Of a DNA stretch of 20,000 nucleotides, positions 15,577-20,000 are shown in pieces. Made by a program: the position numbers and the translations under genes. The number at the start of each line of letters is the position of its first letter. The first letter of the stretch is position 1. Under the pieces are notes generated by a model that worked only from the letters and a program-made list of their open reading frames with translations, was not told the origin of the DNA and ran no database searches. Source of the DNA: an uncultured virus (IMG/VR IMGVR_UViG_3300044611_002505) (Duplodnaviria > Heunggongvirae > Uroviricota > Caudoviricetes); IMG/VR virus record IMGVR_UViG_3300044611_002505; one strand, 5' to 3'.

Positions 15577-16635
15577 ATGTCTGAAAGCCTCATGATTGAT
15601 AGGAATCTTATTACCGGAAGTCTTGCCGATACTATTAGGCGCAACCGTAAGGATGAACGCCCAACTCTTATTTTTGGTCCTCCCGGTGTTGGTAAGAGTG
15701 AACAAGTTAGGCAAGCAGGCGAAGAAGCGGACACTGTAATTGATCTTAGGCTTAACAGCTTGGATTCAATTGATCTGCGTGGTCTGCCCACAATTCAAAA
15801 AGATGAAAACGGTAATCCGACCAAGGTTGTTTGGATTCGCCCTGAGTTTATTCCTTGGGATGGTAGGGGTATTCTTTTCTTGGATGAAATCAATACTGCT
15901 GCTCCAAGCGTTCAAAATCCGGCTCTACAGTTGGTTTTGGATCGCCGCATTGGATCGCATGAATTGGGTAAGGATTGGTATATTTGTGCCGCCGGTAATC
16001 GTGCAGAAGATAAGGCTCATGTTTACCCTCTTAGTGGAGCTTTGATTGATCGATTTGCTGTTTATGATTATCTGCCCGATTATATGACTTGGAGTGATTG
16101 GGCGATGAAGAGCGGTATTCACGATACCGTGATCGGCTTTATTTCTTTTAGGAAAGAGCTTTTGCTTCAGCCAAGAGTTGATGAATACACCCCTAGCACC
16201 AACCCCAGAAGCTGGTCTTATGTAAGCAAGAAACTTCACAATGGACACACAAGCCTTCCAGACATTAGGGCTTGTGTTGGATCGGCTGCAAGTGAGTTTC
16301 TTGCATACCTGGATGTTTATAAGAATCTTCCAGATATGGATAAGCTAATCAGCGGCAAGTCTAAGTGGAAGGAAGATAAGTCTAAGATCAGTGTTAGTTA
16401 TGCAATCAGCACAAGTCTTGCAACCCATCTTCTCGGCAGTAAGACTCCGGAAAAGATTCTCGATAATTGTATGAATGTTGTTCTTGAGATGAGTCCAGAA
16501 CCCGCAGCACTTTTTGTTCGTCGGGCAATGAATTCTACGTCGAAGATTAAGTCTCTCATGTATTCAAGCGATGTTGTTGAAAAGTGGCTTGAGAAAAATC
16601 GAGAACTTATTTCTGCATCTGTGGATCTTGTCTAA
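15577..16635 (+). CDS. MoxR-type AAA+ ATPase
   Basis: Walker A GPPGVGKS, DLRGLP, Walker B ILFLDEIN, AAGNR sensor, ALIDRF Arg finger, NPRSW; AGGAG SD. Confidence 0.92.
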   Translation: MSESLMIDRNLITGSLADTIRRNRKDERPTLIFGPPGVGKSEQVRQAGEEADTVIDLRLNSLDSIDLRGLPTIQKDENGNPTKVVWIRPEFIPWDGRGILFLDEINTAAPSVQNPALQLVLDRRIGSHELGKDWYICAAGNRAEDKAHVYPLSGALIDRFAVYDYLPDYMTWSDWAMKSGIHDTVIGFISFRKELLLQPRVDEYTPSTNPRSWSYVSKKLHNGHTSLPDIRACVGSAASEFLAYLDVYKNLPDMDKLISGKSKWKEDKSKISVSYAISTSLATHLLGSKTPEKILDNCMNVVLEMSPEPAALFVRRAMNSTSKIKSLMYSSDVVEKWLEKNRELISASVDLV

Positions 16636-16648
16636 TTAGAAAGAATAT

Positions 16649-17989
16649 ATGCCTACAAAGACAAAATCTAAGATGAAGACGGACAACAATAGTCTTGAGA
16701 TTTCTCAAGAAGAAGAAGAAGGATTTCGTAAGAGACTAGATCTCGTATTGTTTGGTTTTGCTCATTGGTTTCCTTTTTGGGGAATTTTGAGTGAAAGATG
16801 CCGATATAGTTTGACAAAGAACAATCTTCTTTGCCCGACTGCGTGCGTTGATAAAAATGGTCATATTATTTTCAACCTTGAGTTTGTTGCCACATTGAGC
16901 AACGAGCAATTTCTTTTCTTGGTTGCTCATGAAATTTGCCATTTTGTTTTTGAGCACGCCCCCAGAATGGGAAGTAGAGATCCTTTATTGTGGAACATAT
17001 CAGCAGATTATGCCATTAATTTGATGCTTCATTATCAATTCAACAACATGAAATATGTCATCAAGGACATTGTTTTTGATGATTCTTGGAAGAATGGCGG
17101 AGAGTGTAAGTACGACGGATTGACTGTCGAGGCTATTTACGAAGATCTTAAGAACGATAAAGACAATAAGTTTGTTAAGGCTATGGGGTCTGGCAACTCC
17201 CCCAGAGATATTGTTGTTTATGTTTTCGACGAAAATGAAAATGACTCAGGCGGCAAGCCGTCTGAGGGTGAAATAAAGTATGTTGAAGTTAGAAGTAGGC
17301 GTGTTCCACTTCCAACCAAAAAAGGTAAGTCTCCCGAACAAATTTCTCAGGAAATGAAGGATCATGTTCGTAAAGCAATTACCGAGGCTTTTACTATTTC
17401 TAAGAGCCAAGGTAATCTTCCCGCCAATTTTGAGCGAGCTATCCACAAGCTTTTAAAGCCAAAGATTGATTGGGTTTCTGCCCTAAGGCAGCGATTGAGG
17501 CATGGCGTCAGTAGAATGGAAAAAAGAGACACCACTTGGATGATTCCTAACCGTAGGTTTCTTGGTGGAGATTTTGTTTTTCCAAGTAATATTGGTCCCG
17601 AAAGTCCTAAGATTTGCTATGCCATTGATACAAGCGGCAGTATGAGTCCAGAAGATATTACCAAGGCTATTTCTGAGCTTGAGGAAATTCGAAAGAGGTT
17701 TAATGCAAAGGTTTATTTTCTTGATTGTGATGCAAATGTTTATTCAAGCAGGTGGATTGGTCCGAATGAGCCACTCCCTAAATTAGCCGGTGGTGGTGGA
17801 ACTGATTTTAGACCTGTGTTTGAACACTTGAACGATAAGAGAATCAATCCAGATTACTGTATATTTTTCACAGATGGATATGGTGAATTTGGAGCAAATC
17901 AAAAGCATCTGAACGTTCTTTGGATTATGACTAGCGATGTTGTTCCTCCATTTGGAGACGTTATTCGTTATAATGTAATGCAGGAGTAG
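16649..17989 (+). CDS. DUF2201-type protein: N-terminal HExxH metallopeptidase-like domain plus C-terminal VWA domain
   Basis: TACVD, AHEICH, WNISADYAIN; MIDAS DTSGSM, GGGGTDFRPVF, FTDGYG; the usual partner of the upstream ATPase. Confidence 0.92.
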   Translation: MPTKTKSKMKTDNNSLEISQEEEEGFRKRLDLVLFGFAHWFPFWGILSERCRYSLTKNNLLCPTACVDKNGHIIFNLEFVATLSNEQFLFLVAHEICHFVFEHAPRMGSRDPLLWNISADYAINLMLHYQFNNMKYVIKDIVFDDSWKNGGECKYDGLTVEAIYEDLKNDKDNKFVKAMGSGNSPRDIVVYVFDENENDSGGKPSEGEIKYVEVRSRRVPLPTKKGKSPEQISQEMKDHVRKAITEAFTISKSQGNLPANFERAIHKLLKPKIDWVSALRQRLRHGVSRMEKRDTTWMIPNRRFLGGDFVFPSNIGPESPKICYAIDTSGSMSPEDITKAISELEEIRKRFNAKVYFLDCDANVYSSRWIGPNEPLPKLAGGGGTDFRPVFEHLNDKRINPDYCIFFTDGYGEFGANQKHLNVLWIMTSDVVPPFGDVIRYNVMQE

Positions 17990-17993
17990 TGTT

Positions 17994-18659
17994 TTGAAGG
18001 AATATTTTTACAAACCAGTCAGGGAAGATGAAAAAGAACATAATGTTCTTTTTTGGGGCTGCTTACATTATGGGCACGATCCAGATTGGAATATCCCCCT
18101 TTGGAAAAACAGGGGATACAACAGTAGTGCTCAGCACGATTTGGGGATCGTGAATAATTGGAACTCTAAGGCAAACCAAAACACAATTGGTTTCCTTCTA
18201 GGGGATAATATATTTGGACATAATGCCGAAGAACGACTTAAAAAGTTTTTCCAAGACATAATGTTCAAAAAGCTTTATATCATGCCCGGAAATCATCAGG
18301 CTGGTTGGAAGCAGATATTTGAAAGTGTTCAAGAAAACGTTTATAATGAACATGGAAGAGAAGTAATTTTTGTTCCAAATTATCTTGAAGCCATAATTGG
18401 TGGTCAAGAAATTGTTATGTCTCATTATCCTTTGGCGAGTTGGAATCGTCAAAGTAAAGGTTCTTTTATGATTCATAGTCACACTCATGCCAATCTTTAC
18501 AAAAGTGAAGTCGGCAAAATTCTCTATAAAGCTAAAATTATAGATGTGGGTGTAGAAAATTGTCCTTTTCCAATGAGTTTTGCTGAAATAAAACAAAAAT
18601 TTAGAAATATGGACAACACTTCTTTCGACCACCACACTTCTGATACATTAATGCCCTAA
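17994..18659 (+). CDS. Calcineurin-like metallophosphoesterase
   Basis: GCLHYGH, LLGD, PGNH, MSHYP, IHSHTH, DVGVE; TTG start after AGGAG. Confidence 0.85.
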   Translation: MKEYFYKPVREDEKEHNVLFWGCLHYGHDPDWNIPLWKNRGYNSSAQHDLGIVNNWNSKANQNTIGFLLGDNIFGHNAEERLKKFFQDIMFKKLYIMPGNHQAGWKQIFESVQENVYNEHGREVIFVPNYLEAIIGGQEIVMSHYPLASWNRQSKGSFMIHSHTHANLYKSEVGKILYKAKIIDVGVENCPFPMSFAEIKQKFRNMDNTSFDHHTSDTLMP

Positions 18660-18670
18660 TAGGTTAAGCA

Positions 18671-19429
18671 ATGCTTAGACAAAGAATTCACTATTGGAGT
18701 TGTAGCAAACTTGCAAACCTTATTAGAGGTTGCGAAAAACCACCTTATTTAACCATGGAGGATTGGGAAAAGTGGAGAAGTGAAGTAAAAGCTAAATCCC
18801 CAATCAGATACTTTATTGCAGAAAAACTGCTTAATAAAATTCAGGATTTTATTAACTTTCCAAAAGATATTTACAATAGTGTTAGATATTACATAAGAAA
18901 TAGATTTGTTACCAAGACTCATTATCTTAAAACTGGGCTTGAGGCTGGAGTTTATCACGAACTTGATGAAAGAATTCTATATGGATTGTTTAATGAACTT
19001 GTTGATTTTGTAGAAGTTGAACAAGCGTGGATAAATTATATTTCTAATGACAAGAAATATAATTTCAAAAATGGACGAAGCATAGAATCTGGGCTTGATC
19101 ATCTTAAGTGGGCTTCTGAATTAAAATATGACGAAGATTGCGGAGTAACAGAAAACGAAGAAATTTATGGTAAGCCTACACCACAAGCAGAATCAGCATT
19201 AAAGATTTTAGAATTATACAATTGGTGGAAAGATAGAAAATATCGCCTTGATCCAATGGCGGCTAGTGGTTGGTCTGATTATTGTGAAAAAAAGAAAACT
19301 GAAGGTAGAGATGATGAAAAAAGTAGAATAGCTTTAGAAAAGCTGACTAATTTAGAAGAAAAATACGACAAAGAAGATGAAGATATGCTTATAGAATTAA
19401 TAAAAATTCGCAAACATTTGTGGACTTAA
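18671..19429 (+). CDS. Conserved phage hypothetical protein (252 aa, Trp-rich)
   Basis: Long ORF with HYWSCSK, LFNELVDFVEVE, ELYNWWK and LIKIRKHLWT blocks recalled from large-phage proteins; function unknown. Confidence 0.75.
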   Translation: MLRQRIHYWSCSKLANLIRGCEKPPYLTMEDWEKWRSEVKAKSPIRYFIAEKLLNKIQDFINFPKDIYNSVRYYIRNRFVTKTHYLKTGLEAGVYHELDERILYGLFNELVDFVEVEQAWINYISNDKKYNFKNGRSIESGLDHLKWASELKYDEDCGVTENEEIYGKPTPQAESALKILELYNWWKDRKYRLDPMAASGWSDYCEKKKTEGRDDEKSRIALEKLTNLEEKYDKEDEDMLIELIKIRKHLWT

Positions 19430-19434
19430 AACCA

Positions 19435-19457
19435 TAAATAACTCATGAGAGTTATTT
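19435..19457 (+). promoter_or_regulatory. TAAATA late-promoter-like hexamer overlapping a 9-bp hairpin with ATG 19445 in its loop
   Basis: AAATAACTC (19436-19444), loop ATGA, GAGTTATTT (19449-19457); TAAATA 19435-19440 lies 4 nt before the ATG. Confidence 0.6.
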
Positions 19458-19606
19458 GCACAAACAACAAAAATTATCCGGTTTCTCTCTCTTTAAATAA
19501 AGAGTATGAAGTTCTAAGAATAGAAGAATTTTTTTATGTTATTTTGGACGAAGCCCTAGAAGAATACTTGTACCCAATAGAGCTTTTTGAAATTTCAAAG
19601 GATTGA
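19445..19606 (+). CDS. Unannotated small protein (53 aa, MRVICTNNKNYPVSLSLNKEYEV...ILDEALEEYLYPIELFEISKD)
   Basis: ATG 19445 to TGA 19604-19606, filling the gap. Resembles a small beta-rich family with the pattern 'C..N..YP.SL...K.Y.V...I.DE..E.YLYP...F'. Confidence 0.75.
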   Translation: MRVICTNNKNYPVSLSLNKEYEVLRIEEFFYVILDEALEEYLYPIELFEISKD

Positions 19607-19631
19607 AAAAGCATCTAATATATCGTATAAT
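19603..19631 (+). promoter_or_regulatory. sigma70-type promoter, probably producing a leaderless mRNA
   Basis: TTGAAA (19603-19608), 17 nt, TATAAT (19626-19631); ATG 19639 lies 7 nt downstream. Confidence 0.7.
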
Positions 19632-19638
19632 GAAGTCT

Positions 19639-20000
19639 ATGAATCTCGAAAGGATTGTTGAGATTAGTTTTGCCCTTGCTGGCAAATATCCCTATAAAAA
19701 TAGGTGCAAGCACTTTAGTTTTATTCTAGAAAGAAATAGATTAATTTCTGTGGGCATAAATAGTCCCAAGACCCATCCTTTAAACTTGAAGTTCAATTAT
19801 GTAAACAAGCAAAAACTCAAGATAAACGATATAGTTGGAACACATTCCGAGCTGAGTGCTGTGATAAAACTTGGTAATGAAAACTGCAAAGGTTTAACTA
19901 TTGTTAACACAAGAGTCAATAGAAACAACGAAATAGATAACAGTTGTCCTTGTAACGGCTGTAAGGATATGATAAAAAAACTTGGTTTTAAAAAGCTAGT
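19639..20000 (+). CDS. Zn-dependent cytidine/dCMP deaminase-fold protein (3'-truncated)
   Basis: MNLERIVEISFAL...KHFSFI...SVGIN..KTHP...THSELSAV...SCPCNGC has HxE and PCxxC motifs; open to the window end; alternative in-frame ATG at 19630. Confidence 0.85.
   Translation, partial: MNLERIVEISFALAGKYPYKNRCKHFSFILERNRLISVGINSPKTHPLNLKFNYVNKQKLKINDIVGTHSELSAVIKLGNENCKGLTIVNTRVNRNNEIDNSCPCNGCKDMIKKLGFKKL

Noticed and set aside
1..20000. Alternative genetic code (stop-codon reassignment) as in some large phages
   Set aside because: Known-family genes are full length under code 11, and TAA, TAG and TGA all occur at natural gene ends.

Overview
This window looks like part of a large, tailed dsDNA (T4-like or jumbo-type) bacteriophage genome; that is inferred from gene content, and the host cannot be determined here. 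It is AT-rich and gene-dense, with about 27 genes on + and a single gene on -. Recognisable content: small helix-turn-helix (HTH) proteins; an rIIA-like GHKL protein; an rIIB-N/PcfJ-like fusion; a sugar cassette (GT-A glycosyltransferase, PaaK/CapK-like adenylating enzyme, Cys-rich lipoprotein-like peptide, gmd, fcl); a stand-alone ligase-type nucleotidyltransferase domain; DUF2459; a Gp88-like protein; a MoxR AAA+ ATPase with its HExxH/VWA partner; a metallophosphoesterase; and a deaminase cut off by the window end. The most striking unexplained structure is regulatory. (i) An 18-nt motif, GTTTC-N5-GGTACGCT, occurs five times with fixed spacing, always intergenic and 17-43 nt upstream of a + strand start codon; it is a candidate phage-specific promoter class. 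(ii) Three inverted repeats of 7-17 bp bury start codons and overlap internal promoter-like hexamers, like T4 early/late translational switches. (iii) An unannotated 36-aa Pro-rich ORF is coupled by TGATG to a 351-aa protein of unknown function. No rRNA, tRNA, CRISPR array or IS element was seen. All family calls come from motif recognition by eye, with no database search.
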